A stretch of DNA of 64,000 nucleotides, from positions 58-64,057 of the forward strand of contig JAZNGF010000035.1 in NCBI GenBank assembly GCA_045576295.1, read 5' to 3'. Below, piece by piece: positions 18,647 to 30,034 of the stretch (its first letter is position 1; each line of letters opens with the position of its first letter). A program made the translations under genes and the position numbers. The notes under the pieces are model-generated. The model did no database searches. It was not told the origin of the DNA and was given only the letters and a program-made list of their open reading frames with translations. This stretch comes from Acutalibacteraceae bacterium. GTDB lineage: Bacteria > Bacillota > Clostridia > Oscillospirales > Acutalibacteraceae.

Positions 18647-19102
18647 ATGACCGCAAAAAGACTAATGTTCTTGTTTTTATCCTTAACCATAATTTTATCT
18701 GCCTGCAAATATTCTAATAAAACGATTAGCGAAACCCCTGCCGAAGAGCCTGCATACGAAGTTTTTAAAATAAATATATATGCTGAATGTGTTTCAAACG
18801 ATTCGGTAGGCAATGAATGGGTTCAAGAATACTTTATGGATGGGCAAAGAATTTATAGTGGGCACCAAATAACACTGCCGTTAAATGAGCCACCCGTTTT
18901 TAAAACCATAACCGCAACTATCGAAGAGGTTGACAAGTACCCCGATATATCATCAAAAGATATATCCTTTGAAATAAAAGACGGCAAAGAAAGCCACAAA
19001 ACGGTGGTTGTTACCGAAGGCGATGGATGCCATAAAGGCCGCGAAGCAGTTTGGAATGTAAAGGTATCGGTTGAAAAATTGTTGAATGAAGAATTGCCAT
19101 AA
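18647..19102 (+). CDS. Lipoprotein of unknown function
   Basis: ATG at 18647 behind a GGGGTG RBS. Signal peptide with lipobox: MTAKRLMFLFLSLTIILSAC. The longer track ORF (18569) would read through the terminator hairpin and is unlikely. Confidence 0.7.
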   Translation: MTAKRLMFLFLSLTIILSACKYSNKTISETPAEEPAYEVFKINIYAECVSNDSVGNEWVQEYFMDGQRIYSGHQITLPLNEPPVFKTITATIEEVDKYPDISSKDISFEIKDGKESHKTVVVTEGDGCHKGREAVWNVKVSVEKLLNEELP

Positions 19103-19106
19103 ACTG

Positions 19107-19268
19107 TTGACTTGATATTTTTTATGTGGTATAATGATCGGCGTGAAATGAACAAATAATAATCTTTAAGAACGGTACAGAGATGCCGGCAAGGTTAGCA
19201 ATTTTGCGCAATATGTTTTTGCGCTCGTTTTGGTATGCACAGCCTTGCTTAAAGCAAGGCTTTTTTTG
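19107..19268 (+). promoter_or_regulatory. pyr operon promoter plus PyrR-type binding loop and attenuator terminator
   Basis: Promoter: TTGACT (19107-19112), 17-nt spacer, TGg-TATAAT (19130-19135). The motif CTTTAAGAAC-GGTA-CAGAGA-TGCC-GGCAAGG (19163-19197) matches the PyrR motif (UUUAA...stem-CAGAGA-stem...AAGG), with a compensated stem. The terminator is CAGCCTTGCTT-aa-AGCAAGGCT followed by T7 (19240-19268). Confidence 0.65.
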
Positions 19269-19302
19269 TGCCGTAAACATAGAAAGATAGAAAGGTGCAA
19301 CA

Positions 19303-20562
19303 ATGAAAGCGATTTTTGAAGGCGGAAAGGTTTATATGGGCGGCAAGTTTTCATGTGCCCCCCTTTTTGTTGATGATAAAAAAGTATCTGAGCCGATTTC
19401 AGGCGGCAGTGTTGCTATTTATAATGTTAATAATTCTATTATTGTTCCCGGCTTTACAGATGTTCATGTTCATCTGCGTGAGCCGGGCTTTTCATATAAA
19501 GAAACAATCGAAAGCGGAACGCGCGCAGCCGCTGCCGGCGGCTACACCACGGTTTGCTCTATGCCAAACCTGAACCCCGCACCTGACAGCGCTGAAGCTA
19601 TAAAACAGCAGCTTAATGCAATAAAAAAAGGCGCCGCGATTAGGGTTTACCCCTACGCTTCGATAACCAAAGGGCTGAAAGGTGAGGCTCTTTCAGATAT
19701 GGAAGAACTAGCCCCGCTTTGCATTGCCTTTACGGATGATGGCAAGGGCGTTCAAAAAAATGAAATGATGCTTGAAGCAATGAAAACCGCAAAAGCTTTA
19801 GGCAAAATGATAGTTGCCCACTGTGAAGACGAAAGCCTTTTAATCGGTGGCTGTATACACGACGGCGAGTTTGCCCGCAAAAACGGTTTCCGCGGAATAT
19901 CGAGCGAGAGCGAATGGCGCCAGGTTGAGCGCGACTTAGAGCTTGCTGCCGCCACAGGATGCAAATATCATGTTTGCCACATTTCGACGAAGGAAACGGT
20001 TGGACTTATACGCCAGGCTAAAAAATCAGGCGTTGACGTTACCTGCGAAACAGCGCCACATTACCTGATTCTTTGCGACCAAGACCTTAAAGACGAAGGC
20101 AGATTTAAAATGAACCCGCCCATTAGAAGTGAGGCTGACCGCGAAGCACTTGTTGAAGGACTGATTGACGGAACGATTGATATGATAGCAACCGATCACG
20201 CGCCACATTCGGCCGAAGAAAAGAGTAAAGGGCTTAAAGGCAGTTTAATGGGGGTTTCGGGGCTTGAATGCGCATTTGCGGCGGTTTACACAAACCTTGT
20301 TAAACCGGGTGTTTTACCGCTTGAAAGGCTGATTGATGCTATGAGCATTACCCCGCGCCGCCGATTTGGAATCCCAGGCGGCACCGAAATTGGCGACGAC
20401 GCCGATTTCACGGTTATTAATTTAGATGAATCGTTCACCGTTCGCGGAGAAGATTTTATTTCAAAAGGAAAGTTCACCCCGTTTGAAGGGCGCAAATTTT
20501 ATGGAAAAGTTAAGCTAACAGCAGTGAAAGGAGAAATAGTGTGGCAAGCCACACTACACTAA
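19303..20562 (+). CDS. pyrC: Dihydroorotase
   Basis: A 419-aa ORF with the metal-binding DVHVHLREPG, the AAAGGYTTV motif and an amidohydrolase fold signature. Confidence 0.93.
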   Translation: MKAIFEGGKVYMGGKFSCAPLFVDDKKVSEPISGGSVAIYNVNNSIIVPGFTDVHVHLREPGFSYKETIESGTRAAAAGGYTTVCSMPNLNPAPDSAEAIKQQLNAIKKGAAIRVYPYASITKGLKGEALSDMEELAPLCIAFTDDGKGVQKNEMMLEAMKTAKALGKMIVAHCEDESLLIGGCIHDGEFARKNGFRGISSESEWRQVERDLELAAATGCKYHVCHISTKETVGLIRQAKKSGVDVTCETAPHYLILCDQDLKDEGRFKMNPPIRSEADREALVEGLIDGTIDMIATDHAPHSAEEKSKGLKGSLMGVSGLECAFAAVYTNLVKPGVLPLERLIDAMSITPRRRFGIPGGTEIGDDADFTVINLDESFTVRGEDFISKGKFTPFEGRKFYGKVKLTAVKGEIVWQATLH

Positions 20563-20612
20563 ATTTAAAAGCCGTGCCGTTCCTACCATTGTCGAACCAC
20601 GGCACACGGCGA

Positions 20613-20644
20613 AAATCTCCAACGCGCCGCTAATGGAGATTTTT
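20613..20644 (+). terminator. Possible internal attenuator/terminator between pyrC and carA
   Basis: AAATCTCCA-acgcgccgcta-ATGGAGATTTTT. The stem is short and only four or five U follow, so this is weak. Confidence 0.35.
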
Positions 20645-20689
20645 ATGTGCCACATACATTGATATTTTAGCGGCAGATAGGAGATTAAT

Positions 20690-21787
20690 ATGGCAGACAA
20701 AATAAACAGGAAATTAGTTTTAGAAGACGGCAGCGAATTCTATGGCACAGGCTTTGGTGATATGGGAGAACGCGTTTTTGAAATCGTTTTCAACACCTCT
20801 ATGGCAGGGTATCAAGAAATAGTATCCGACCCATCATACACAGGCCAGGGCCTTGTTATGACCTACCCGCTTATTGGCACATACGGCATAACCGACGACG
20901 ACTTTGAAAGCAAAGATATAACAATAAGCGCGCTTATCGTTAGCGAATATAACGACACTCCTTCAAACTTCCGCTACACCAAAACACTATCGGAAACACT
21001 TGAAGAAAGCCACATCCCCGGCATTCAAGGGTTCGACACAAGGATGTTAGCCAAAAAGATACGCGACAACGGAAGCTGCCGCGCAATTATAACCGATTCG
21101 TTCGTTAAAACAGAAGACGCCCTTGCAAAGATAGCCAAGGCACCCCAAAACAACAACCTTGCCGAAAAGGTTAGCTGCAAAAAGCGCTGGTATTCAAGAA
21201 CACCTAACCACAAGCTTAATGTGGTTGCGGTTGACTGCGGAATTAAACTTAGCTTCATAAAAGCGCTCAACGCTGAGCACTGCAACGTTACAATAGTTCC
21301 CTTTGGCACCACTGCCGAAGAAATTGAACTTATGAAACCCGATGGCGTGTTTATTTCAAACGGCCCCGGAAACCCGAAAGATGCCGCTGCGGTTTGCGAA
21401 CTTATTAAAGGCATTCGCGGTAAATACCCAATCTTCGGCACAGGCCTTGGCCACCAGCTTATAGGGCTTGCCTTCGGCGGCGACACATTTAAACTAAAGC
21501 CCGGCCACCGCGGCAGCACCCACGCTGTTAAAAATGTTATAACCGGCAAGTTTGATAACCCCGCGCAAAACCATGGCTACGCCGTAGATGAAGAATCACT
21601 TAAAGGCACCGGCCTTACAGTTACACACATAAACCTGTTTGATAAAACGGTTGAAGGAATGATGAACGAAGAAGAACGCATTTACAGTGTTCAGTTCCAC
21701 CCCGAAACCGCATCAGGCACAGGAGAAAGCTCACTTTTATTTAACAAATTTATTAAAGCAATGATGGAGGCGAAGAAGAATGCCTAA
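20690..21787 (+). CDS. carA: Carbamoyl-phosphate synthase small (glutaminase) subunit
   Basis: A 365-aa ORF with GATase class I motifs (GHQL variant of the GICLGHQ motif, and HPE near the C-terminus). Confidence 0.95.
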   Translation: MADKINRKLVLEDGSEFYGTGFGDMGERVFEIVFNTSMAGYQEIVSDPSYTGQGLVMTYPLIGTYGITDDDFESKDITISALIVSEYNDTPSNFRYTKTLSETLEESHIPGIQGFDTRMLAKKIRDNGSCRAIITDSFVKTEDALAKIAKAPQNNNLAEKVSCKKRWYSRTPNHKLNVVAVDCGIKLSFIKALNAEHCNVTIVPFGTTAEEIELMKPDGVFISNGPGNPKDAAAVCELIKGIRGKYPIFGTGLGHQLIGLAFGGDTFKLKPGHRGSTHAVKNVITGKFDNPAQNHGYAVDEESLKGTGLTVTHINLFDKTVEGMMNEEERIYSVQFHPETASGTGESSLLFNKFIKAMMEAKKNA

Positions 21788-24700
21788 GCGCACAGATATT
21801 AAAAAAGTAATGGTAATAGGCTCTGGCCCTATCGTAATCGGCCAGGCAGCAGAATTCGACTATGCGGGAACACAGGCCTGCTTAGCACTTAAAGAGGAAG
21901 GCTATGAGGTTGTTCTTGTTAACTCAAACCCTGCAACAATAATGACCGACAAAGCAATTGCCGACAAGATTTATATGGAGCCGTTAACCCTTGAATATGT
22001 TGCAAAGATTATCCGCCGCGAGCGCCCCGATGCAATTGTTCCCGGCATTGGCGGCCAAACAGGCCTTAACCTTGCAATGCAACTTGAAAAGAAGGGTATT
22101 CTTGAAGAATGCCAGGTTGAACTGCTTGGAACCAGCAGCGACAGCATCGACTGCGCTGAAGACAGAGAACGCTTTAAAAACCTTTGCGAAGATTTAGGTG
22201 AGCCTGTTTTACCTTCAATCACATCGCACTCAATTGAAGAATGCTTTGAAGCCGCAAGAAAGATTGGCTTCCCCGTTGTTTTGCGCCCTGCCTTCACCCT
22301 TGGCGGAACAGGCGGCGGCTTTGCCGAAAACGAAGAAGAACTCTATGAGCTTGCTAAAAACGCACTTCGCCTTTCACCCGTAAGCGAAGTTTTGGTTGAA
22401 AAGAGCATTAAAGGCTATAAAGAAATTGAGTACGAAGTAATGCGCGACGCTAACGACACCGCCATTGCAATATGCAATATGGAAAATATCGACCCTGTTG
22501 GAATTCACACAGGCGACTCGGTTGTTGTTTGCCCTTGCCAAACACTTACCCACAAGGAATGCGCATTCCTTCGCGAGAGCGCACTTAAAATCATCCGCGC
22601 ACTTAAAATCGAGGGTGGCTGCAACGTTCAGTTCGCGCTTGACCCGCAATCGTTCGATTATTTCCTTATTGAGGTTAACCCCCGAGTTTCGCGTTCATCG
22701 GCGCTCGCATCAAAGGCAAGTGGCTACCCCATTGCAAGGGTTACCGCAAAGGTTGCCGTTGGAATGACACTTGATGAAATTATGCTTTCCAACACACCTG
22801 CCGCATTTGAACCAACACTTGACTATGTTGTTACCAAAATGCCCCGCTTCCCCTTTGATAAGTTTGTTGATGCAAACAACAGCCTTTCAACCCAGATGAA
22901 GGCAACAGGCGAAGTTATGGCAATTGGCCGCAGCATTGAAGAAAGCCTTCTTAAAGCCGTTCGCTCGCTTGAAATCGGCGTTTGCCACCTTTATATGAAG
23001 AAGTTCGATTCATACACCGAAGATGAACTTTTACAGTATATCCGCACCGGAACCGACGACCGTTTTTATGCGATTGCAGAGCTTTTCCGCCGCGGAACCG
23101 ACATTGGCCGAGTTTGCGATGCAACACAGATTGATATGTTCTTCCTTGAAAAACTTCGCCACATCACCGAGCTTGAAAACGAAGGTAAACAGAACCCGAT
23201 GGATGCCGAAACACTTAAAAAGCTTAAAAAATACGGTTTTTCTGACAAGTATATAGCCCAGCTTTGGAATGTTAGCGAGCTTGACGTTTGGAACTTCAGA
23301 AGAGAAAGCGGCATAACACCTGTTTACAAAATGATTGACACCTGCGCCGGCGAATTCAAAAGCTACACCCCATACTTCTATTCAACCTATGAAACCGAAA
23401 ACGAGCTTCAAATATCAGATAAGAAAAAAATTATCGTTTTAGGTTCGGGCCCCATCAGAATAGGCCAGGGCGTTGAGTTCGACTATTCAACAGTTCACGC
23501 AGTTATGACCATCAAGCAGATGGGCTGCGAAGCTATAATCATCAATAACAACCCCGAAACCGTATCAACCGACTACACCTGTTCTGATAAATTATATTTC
23601 GAGCCGCTCACTGTAGAAGATGTTATGAACATCATTGAGCTTGAAAAGCCCTATGGCGTTATTGCATCACTTGGCGGACAAACCGCAATTAACCTTGCAG
23701 AACCGCTTATGAACCGCGGCGTTAACATTATTGGCACAGGTGTTGAAGCTATCGACCGCGCCGAAAACCGCGACAGCTTTGAAAAACTTCTAAGCGAACT
23801 CGGAATCCCACAGCCACCCGGCCGCGCCGTTACAACAATTGAAGACGGCGTTAAAGCCGCTGCTGATATTGGCTACCCTGTTCTTGTTCGCCCAAGCTTT
23901 GTTCTTGGCGGACGCGCTATGCAGATTGTTGCAAACGAAGAAATGCTTCGCCACTACCTTAAAACTGCGGTTGAAATCGATGCTGATCGCCCCGTTCTTG
24001 TTGACAGATATATTTCGGGTAAAGAGGTTGAAATCGACGCCGTTTGCGACGGAACCGACGTTTTCGCACCCGGTATTATGGAACTTGTTGAGCGCACTGG
24101 CGTTCACTCGGGCGACTCGATAAGCGTTTATCCAACCTTCAGCATTTCACAAAAGGTTAAAGATACTATTCTTGACTACACCAAGAAATTAGGCCTTGGA
24201 ATTGGCATTGTTGGCCTATTCAACATTCAGTTTATTGTTGATGCAAACGAAGATGTTTACGTAATCGAAGTAAACCCGCGTTCTTCAAGAACCGTTCCAT
24301 TCCTTTCAAAATCAACAGGCTACAACCTTGCCGACATTGGAACACTTGTAATTTTAGGCCATTCACTTAAAGACCAGGGCTTCACAACATCTTACCCCGA
24401 AGAAAAGCCAAGATGGTATGTTAAAACTCCTGCCTTCTCGTTCTCGAAACTTCGCGGGCTTGATGCCTACCTTTCACCCGAAATGAAATCAACAGGTGAA
24501 GCTATAGGTTACGACGACAGCATGACCCGCGCGCTTTACAAATCACTTCGTGCATCGGGTATGAGCGTTGTGAACTACGGCACAGTGCTTGTAACCATCA
24601 ACGATAGCGACAAAGAGGAAGCACTTCCCCTTATTAAGCGTTTTTATGATATGGGCTTTAACATTGAAGCCACAAGCGGCACAGCCCAGTTCTTAAAAGA

Positions 24701-24953
24701 GCACGGCATTCGCACAAGAATTCGCAAGAAGATAAGCGAAGGCAGTGAAGAAATTTTAGATTCTATCCGCCAAGGCTATGTAAGCTATGTTATCAACACG
24801 CGTGATGTTAACTCTTCGGGCGTACTGTCAGACGGGTATGAAATTCGCCGCTGCGCCTGCGAAAACAACATCACCACCTTTACTTCACTCGACACTGTAA
24901 AGGCGCTCTTAGATGTTCTTGAAGAAACAACAATGAAGGTTTCGGAAATTTAG
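21780..24953 (+). CDS. carB: Carbamoyl-phosphate synthase large subunit
   Basis: A 1057-aa ORF with duplicated ATP-grasp halves ([20 protein letters not shown] and [20 protein letters not shown]) and a C-terminal MGS-like domain. It overlaps carA by 8 nt. Confidence 0.97.
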   Translation: MPKRTDIKKVMVIGSGPIVIGQAAEFDYAGTQACLALKEEGYEVVLVNSNPATIMTDKAIADKIYMEPLTLEYVAKIIRRERPDAIVPGIGGQTGLNLAMQLEKKGILEECQVELLGTSSDSIDCAEDRERFKNLCEDLGEPVLPSITSHSIEECFEAARKIGFPVVLRPAFTLGGTGGGFAENEEELYELAKNALRLSPVSEVLVEKSIKGYKEIEYEVMRDANDTAIAICNMENIDPVGIHTGDSVVVCPCQTLTHKECAFLRESALKIIRALKIEGGCNVQFALDPQSFDYFLIEVNPRVSRSSALASKASGYPIARVTAKVAVGMTLDEIMLSNTPAAFEPTLDYVVTKMPRFPFDKFVDANNSLSTQMKATGEVMAIGRSIEESLLKAVRSLEIGVCHLYMKKFDSYTEDELLQYIRTGTDDRFYAIAELFRRGTDIGRVCDATQIDMFFLEKLRHITELENEGKQNPMDAETLKKLKKYGFSDKYIAQLWNVSELDVWNFRRESGITPVYKMIDTCAGEFKSYTPYFYSTYETENELQISDKKKIIVLGSGPIRIGQGVEFDYSTVHAVMTIKQMGCEAIIINNNPETVSTDYTCSDKLYFEPLTVEDVMNIIELEKPYGVIASLGGQTAINLAEPLMNRGVNIIGTGVEAIDRAENRDSFEKLLSELGIPQPPGRAVTTIEDGVKAAADIGYPVLVRPSFVLGGRAMQIVANEEMLRHYLKTAVEIDADRPVLVDRYISGKEVEIDAVCDGTDVFAPGIMELVERTGVHSGDSISVYPTFSISQKVKDTILDYTKKLGLGIGIVGLFNIQFIVDANEDVYVIEVNPRSSRTVPFLSKSTGYNLADIGTLVILGHSLKDQGFTTSYPEEKPRWYVKTPAFSFSKLRGLDAYLSPEMKSTGEAIGYDDSMTRALYKSLRASGMSVVNYGTVLVTINDSDKEEALPLIKRFYDMGFNIEATSGTAQFLKEHGIRTRIRKKISEGSEEILDSIRQGYVSYVINTRDVNSSGVLSDGYEIRRCACENNITTFTSLDTVKALLDVLEETTMKVSEI

Positions 24954-24977
24954 TTTTTCGGCTGAATGGAGATTATA

Positions 24978-25718
24978 ATGAAACAAGAATTTTTTACGGT
25001 TGAATCAACAAGATTCCTTGCTAAAAACACCTTTGAAACGGTGCTTGCAGGCAATACCGACGGCATAAGGCCCGGGCAGTTTGTTAACATTATGCTATCT
25101 GGCAAATACCTGCGCCGCCCCATTTCGGTTTGTAATTCTGAGGCAGGAAAGCTCACTATTGTTTACAAAACCGTGGGAGATGGCACCAAGGCTTTAAGCG
25201 AAGTAAAAATCGGCGAAAAGCTCGATTTATTAACACAACTTGGAAATGGATACGATTTAAGTACTAGCGGAGATACCCCCCTGCTTATCGGCGGAGGGGT
25301 TGGCATACCGCCGCTTTATATGCTTTGCAAGGAACTTTTAAAAAAGGGCGTTACACCCAGCGTTATTTTAGGTTTTAATTCTGCCGATGAGGTTTTTTAT
25401 GAAGAAGAATTCTCGGCTCTTGGAGTTCACGTTTACATCGCAACGGCCGACGGCAGCCGTGGAACAAAAGGTTTTGTTACCGATGTTATGAAAAACCTTA
25501 ATTATTCATACTTTTACACCTGTGGGCCAATGCCTATGTTTAGGGCAATAAATGCAGTTGCCACAACCGAAGGGCAGTTAAGCTTTGAAGAGCGAATGGG
25601 CTGCGGCTTTGGCGCATGCATGGGCTGCAGCTGCAAAACACTAACAGGCAATAAGCGCATTTGCCGCGAAGGCCCCGTTATGAAAAGGAGCGAGATAATA
25701 TGGCAGACACAAGAGTAA
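24978..25718 (+). CDS. pyrK: Dihydroorotate dehydrogenase B electron-transfer subunit
   Basis: FAD/NAD-binding fold (RRPISV) and a C-terminal 2Fe-2S cysteine cluster (CGFGACMGCSC...C). ATG 24978 is preferred over 24966 because of the GGAGA RBS. Confidence 0.88.
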   Translation: MKQEFFTVESTRFLAKNTFETVLAGNTDGIRPGQFVNIMLSGKYLRRPISVCNSEAGKLTIVYKTVGDGTKALSEVKIGEKLDLLTQLGNGYDLSTSGDTPLLIGGGVGIPPLYMLCKELLKKGVTPSVILGFNSADEVFYEEEFSALGVHVYIATADGSRGTKGFVTDVMKNLNYSYFYTCGPMPMFRAINAVATTEGQLSFEERMGCGFGACMGCSCKTLTGNKRICREGPVMKRSEIIWQTQE

Positions 25719-26611
25719 CCCTTGGCGGCATCGAACTGCAAAACCCTGTTATCCCCGCGAGCGGAACCTTTGGCTACGGGCGCGAGTTTGTCGAGCTTTA
25801 CGATATTAGCATTTTAGGCTCAATCTCACTTAAGGGAACAACACTTGAGCCGCGCTTTGGCAACCCAACACCCAGAATTGCCGAATGCCCAAACGGAATG
25901 CTTAACAGCGTTGGGCTTCAAAACCCCGGAATTGAAGCGGTTTTACGCGATGAAATTCCAAACCTTAAAAAGATTTACGGAAAACCCGTTGTGCTTAATG
26001 TTGGCGGCTTTAGCGAAGAAGAATTTGCAAAGGTTTGCGCCGCAGCCGACAAGGAAGACAGCATTGGCATAATTGAACTTAACATAAGCTGCCCCAACCT
26101 TCACGCAGGCGGCAAAAACTTCGGCGTTTCGGCCGAGGGCGCAACCCGCGCAACCCGCGCAGCAAAATCGGCAACAAGCAAACCCGTTTTTGTAAAGCTC
26201 ACCCCCAATGTTACCGACATAACCGAAATCGCCGTTGCCTGTGAAGAGGCAGGGGCCGATGGCATCAGCCTTATAAACACACTGCTTGGAATGAGAATTG
26301 ACCTTAAAACCAACAAGCCTGTGCTTTATAACAAAATGGGCGGTTTTTCAGGCCCTGCAATACTTCCTGTTGCACTTCGCATGGTTTACCAGGTTTATGA
26401 AGCGGTTAAAATCCCGATTATCGGCATGGGCGGCGTTTCTACTGCGGCCGATGTTATCGAAATGATGTTAGCAGGCGCCACCGCAGTTCAGGTAGGGGCT
26501 GCAAACCTTGTGAACCCCTTTGCCTGCCGCGATATTATAAACGACCTGCCCCACACTATGGAGCAGTATGGAATAAACAGTTTAACTGAAATTATAGGAG
26601 GAGCACACTAA
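25700..26611 (+). CDS. pyrD: Dihydroorotate dehydrogenase B catalytic subunit
   Basis: ATG at 25700 behind AAGGAG. Class 1 DHODH motifs are present (NPVIPASGTFGYG, NISCPN). Confidence 0.93.
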   Translation: MADTRVTLGGIELQNPVIPASGTFGYGREFVELYDISILGSISLKGTTLEPRFGNPTPRIAECPNGMLNSVGLQNPGIEAVLRDEIPNLKKIYGKPVVLNVGGFSEEEFAKVCAAADKEDSIGIIELNISCPNLHAGGKNFGVSAEGATRATRAAKSATSKPVFVKLTPNVTDITEIAVACEEAGADGISLINTLLGMRIDLKTNKPVLYNKMGGFSGPAILPVALRMVYQVYEAVKIPIIGMGGVSTAADVIEMMLAGATAVQVGAANLVNPFACRDIINDLPHTMEQYGINSLTEIIGGAH

Positions 26612-26612
26612 T

Positions 26613-27311
26613 ATGGGAAAAGACGTTATGATAGCTTGCGACTTTTCGAGCGCAAAAGAAACTATCGAATTTTTAGACAAGTTTACAGGCAGAAAGCCTT
26701 TTGTTAAAATCGGAATGGAGCTTTTTTATGCCGAAGGCCCCGAAATCATTAAACAGATTAAAAGCCGCGGCCACAAAATATTTTTAGATTTAAAACTTCA
26801 CGATATACCGAACACCGTTAAAAAAGCAATGAACGTTTTATCGAAGCTCGATGTTGATATGTGCAACCTTCACGCCGCAGGAACATCGGCTATGATGAAG
26901 GCAGCAATTGAGGGCTTAACAAGAGAAGACGGCACCCGCCCCCTGCTTGTTGCTGTTACACAGCTTACTTCAACCGATGAAGCACGTATGCAAAACGAAC
27001 TTCTTATTAACGAAACAATGGAAAACACCGTTGTGAAATATGCGCAGAACGCAAAAGCATCGGGCCTTGACGGCGTTGTTTGCTCACCGCTTGAAGCAGG
27101 CCTTGTTCACGAAAACTGTGGCAAAGGATTTGTAACCGTAACCCCCGGAATTCGCTTCGCGGGGGACAGCGTTGGCGATCAGTCGCGCATTACAACCCCA
27201 TTAAAGGCAAAAGAAATCGGCTCTGACTATATTGTTGTTGGCCGTTCTATTACCGCAGCAGAAGACCCGGTTGCTGCATACAACCGCTGTGTTGAAGAAT
27301 TTATTGACTAA
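26613..27311 (+). CDS. pyrF: Orotidine-5'-phosphate decarboxylase
   Basis: A 232-aa ORF with the DLKLHDIPNT motif. Confidence 0.94.
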   Translation: MGKDVMIACDFSSAKETIEFLDKFTGRKPFVKIGMELFYAEGPEIIKQIKSRGHKIFLDLKLHDIPNTVKKAMNVLSKLDVDMCNLHAAGTSAMMKAAIEGLTREDGTRPLLVAVTQLTSTDEARMQNELLINETMENTVVKYAQNAKASGLDGVVCSPLEAGLVHENCGKGFVTVTPGIRFAGDSVGDQSRITTPLKAKEIGSDYIVVGRSITAAEDPVAAYNRCVEEFID

Positions 27312-27332
27312 TTAAAACATAAGGAGAAAGTT

Positions 27333-27980
27333 ATGAACGGAAATGTTAAAACACTCATAGCAAAAGACTTACTTTCAATCAAGGCTGTATTTTTAAGCCC
27401 TAACGAACCCTTCACATGGGCAAGCGGCATTAAAAGCCCCATTTACTGCGATAACCGCTTAACACTTACAGCGCCCGAGGTTAGAAACGACATTGAAAAC
27501 GCACTTGCAGAATCGGTGAAGGCTAACTTCCCCGAATGCGAAGTTCTTATGGGAACATCAACTGCAGGTATTGCTCACGCCGCTATCACAGGCCACATTT
27601 TAGGGCTTCCTATGGGCTATGTTCGCGGTTCAAGCAAAGATCACGGCCGCCAGAACAGAATTGAAGGCAGGCTTGAAAAGGGCCAAAAGGTTGTTGTTGT
27701 TGAAGACCTTATTTCAACAGGCGGCAGCGTTATCGACGTTGTTGAAGCGCTTCGCGAAGCAGGCGCCGAGGTTCTTGGCATTGTTAGCATCTTCACCTAT
27801 GGCATGAAAAAAGGACTTGAAAGGCTTGCAGCCGCTAATGTTACAAACTACAGCTTAACCGATTTCGACGAAATCGTTGCAGTTGCCGCCGCTGAAGGCT
27901 ACATTGAAGAAGGCGACACCGCAAGGCTTAAGGCATTCCGCGACAACCCGTCTGACGAGTCGTGGATAGGTGGCAAATAA
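27333..27980 (+). CDS. pyrE: Orotate phosphoribosyltransferase
   Basis: A 215-aa ORF with the PRPP-binding motif [13 protein letters not shown]. Confidence 0.93.
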   Translation: MNGNVKTLIAKDLLSIKAVFLSPNEPFTWASGIKSPIYCDNRLTLTAPEVRNDIENALAESVKANFPECEVLMGTSTAGIAHAAITGHILGLPMGYVRGSSKDHGRQNRIEGRLEKGQKVVVVEDLISTGGSVIDVVEALREAGAEVLGIVSIFTYGMKKGLERLAAANVTNYSLTDFDEIVAVAAAEGYIEEGDTARLKAFRDNPSDESWIGGK

Positions 27981-28894
27981 TGAGAAGCCTTATAGACATT
28001 AGGGAGCTTTCGGCTGAAGAGATTAACAGCCTTATAGACTGCGCTAAAGATATTATCGCAAACCCCGAAAAATACAGCGAAAAATGCAAGGGTAAAAAGC
28101 TGGCATCGCTGTTTTTTGAACCGTCAACCAGAACCCGCCTTAGCTTTGAGGCGGCTATGTATGAGCTTGGCGGCAATGTTCTTGGCTTTTCAGAAGCAAT
28201 GAGCAGCTCTGCCGCAAAGGGCGAAAGCGTTGCCGACACGGCTAAAACAGTTAGCTGTTACGCCGATATTATTGCAATGCGCCACCCGAAAGAGGGCGCT
28301 CCGCTTGTGGCTTCGATGAACGCATCAATCCCCGTTATAAACGCGGGCGACGGCGGCCACAACCACCCAACCCAAACCCTTGCCGACCTTTGCACAATAA
28401 GCCTTGAAAAAGGCAGGCTACACGACCTAAAGGTGGGCTTCTGCGGTGACTTAAAGTTTGGCCGCACAGTTCATTCGCTAATTTCGGCCCTTTCAAGGTA
28501 CACAGGAATTAAGGTTTACCTTATTTCGCCCGAAGAACTTAAACTGCCAAGCTATATTAAAAACGGCGTGCTTCAAAAATGCGGCATTGAATACGTTCAA
28601 ACAACCGATTTAGACAGTGTTATCGGCGAGCTTGACATTTTATATATGACAAGGGTTCAGCGCGAACGCTTCTTCAGCGAAGAGGAATATTTGCGCCTTA
28701 AAGACAGTTACATTTTAACCGAAGAAAAACTTTTAGGCGCGAAGGAAGACCTTTGCATTATGCATCCGCTGCCGCGCGTTAACGAAATTTCGGTTGGAAT
28801 TGACAACGATAAAAGGGCTTGCTACTTTAAGCAGGTGCTTTACGGCAAGTATATGAGAATGGCGCTTATTATGATGCTTTTGGGGGTGGAATAA
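27980..28894 (+). CDS. pyrB: Aspartate carbamoyltransferase catalytic subunit
   Basis: The ATG overlaps the pyrE stop (TAATG). Motifs: [24 protein letters not shown]. Confidence 0.94.
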   Translation: MRSLIDIRELSAEEINSLIDCAKDIIANPEKYSEKCKGKKLASLFFEPSTRTRLSFEAAMYELGGNVLGFSEAMSSSAAKGESVADTAKTVSCYADIIAMRHPKEGAPLVASMNASIPVINAGDGGHNHPTQTLADLCTISLEKGRLHDLKVGFCGDLKFGRTVHSLISALSRYTGIKVYLISPEELKLPSYIKNGVLQKCGIEYVQTTDLDSVIGELDILYMTRVQRERFFSEEEYLRLKDSYILTEEKLLGAKEDLCIMHPLPRVNEISVGIDNDKRACYFKQVLYGKYMRMALIMMLLGVE

Positions 28895-29326
28895 TTGAAC
28901 ATTGACTCAATTAAAAACGGCATAGTTATCGACCATATTACTGCAGGCCGCGGAATGGAGATTTACAGGCTTTTGAATTTAGAAGAGCTTGACTGCCCCG
29001 TTGCCATAATCAAAAATGTGTTGAGCGCCAAGGCAGGAAAAAAAGATATTATCAAGATCGACAGTGAGATGCCGATTGATTTTAACCTGTTAGGCTATGT
29101 TGACCCAGGCATCACAGTTAACATTATTAAAGATTCAAAGGTTGCCGAAAAGGTGCACCCAACCCTTCCAACAAGGCTCACAGGGGTTTTAAAATGCAAA
29201 AACCCCCGTTGCATTACCTCAACCGAGCAGGAGCTGCAACAGATTTTCTATCTTGACGACAGCAACAACGCAATTTACCGTTGCCTATACTGCGAATCTA
29301 AAAGCGATAAAATGTTTAATAAATAA
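28895..29326 (+). CDS. pyrI: Aspartate carbamoyltransferase regulatory subunit
   Basis: A 143-aa ORF with a TTG start directly after the pyrB stop. It has the C-terminal zinc motif CKNPRC...CLYC. Confidence 0.88.
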   Translation: MNIDSIKNGIVIDHITAGRGMEIYRLLNLEELDCPVAIIKNVLSAKAGKKDIIKIDSEMPIDFNLLGYVDPGITVNIIKDSKVAEKVHPTLPTRLTGVLKCKNPRCITSTEQELQQIFYLDDSNNAIYRCLYCESKSDKMFNK

Positions 29327-29343
29327 TATTTTCGTGCAAACAA

Positions 29344-29382
29344 ACCCCGTGTGTTGCTAACCTGTAACACGCGGGGATTTTA
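29344..29382 (+). terminator. Intrinsic terminator ending the pyr operon
   Basis: CCCCGTGTGTT...AACACGCGGGG followed by ATTTT. Confidence 0.75.
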
Positions 29383-29563
29383 AATTTTACTGAACTAATT
29401 ATAAATATTAAAATGCAATAGAAAGTATCAGCATTTCAAGTAAGCAAACACGCAATAAAAATACGCAAATTTTGCATTCCAACCGAAAACTAAATATACA
29501 ATTTTTGCATAAAATTATTGCCTAATACATAAAATAGTGATATAATACGTATGAGGTGATGTT

Positions 29564-30034
29564 ATGACATTACGAGAACTTAGAAAAATCAAAGGGATAA
29601 CACAGCAAGAAGCCGCAGATTATGTAGGGGTGCCATTAAGGACTTACTCTAATTATGAAAACGATCCTCAAAAGCAGTCCAGCATTAAATATAAGTATAT
29701 AATGGAAAAACTATATACCCACGGATATATCGATGAAGAAAACGGGGTGCTGACATTAGAAGAGATCAAAAAGACCTGTGTAAATATTCTTTCCAAATAT
29801 CCTGTTGAATATTGCTATTTGTTTGGGTCATACGCAAAGGGCAACGCAAAACCATCAAGTGATGTGGATTTACTAATCCACACCACTCTTTCAGGATTAA
29901 AGTTCTACGGTTTGGTTGAAGAACTGCGCGAACAGTTGAAGAAAAAGGTTGATGTGCTTGACCAAAAACAAATAATGGGTAACTTTGAACTTACAAATGA
30001 AATACTGAAGGATGGCGTAAAGATTTATGGATAA
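29564..30034 (+). CDS. mntA: MntA-type nucleotidyltransferase antitoxin with fused N-terminal XRE HTH domain
   Basis: The N-terminus is an HTH (LRELRKIKGITQQEAADYVGVPLRTYSNYE). The C-terminus carries the minimal NTase motif (LFGSYAKGNAKPSSDVDLLI). It overlaps the downstream DUF86 gene by 8 nt. Confidence 0.8.
   Translation: MTLRELRKIKGITQQEAADYVGVPLRTYSNYENDPQKQSSIKYKYIMEKLYTHGYIDEENGVLTLEEIKKTCVNILSKYPVEYCYLFGSYAKGNAKPSSDVDLLIHTTLSGLKFYGLVEELREQLKKKVDVLDQKQIMGNFELTNEILKDGVKIYG

Noticed and set aside
18393-18813. Minus-strand ORFs 18393-18578 and 18487-18813 across leader copy a and the lipoprotein gene.
   Set aside because: They run antisense to a promoter-leader-CDS unit with clear signals. 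They have no RBS and arbitrary composition.
20563-20689. A second PyrR binding site between pyrC and carA, as in the three-attenuator Bacillus operon.
   Set aside because: There is no CAGAGA loop or UUUAA/AAGG flank. It is reported only as an unexplained structured spacer.
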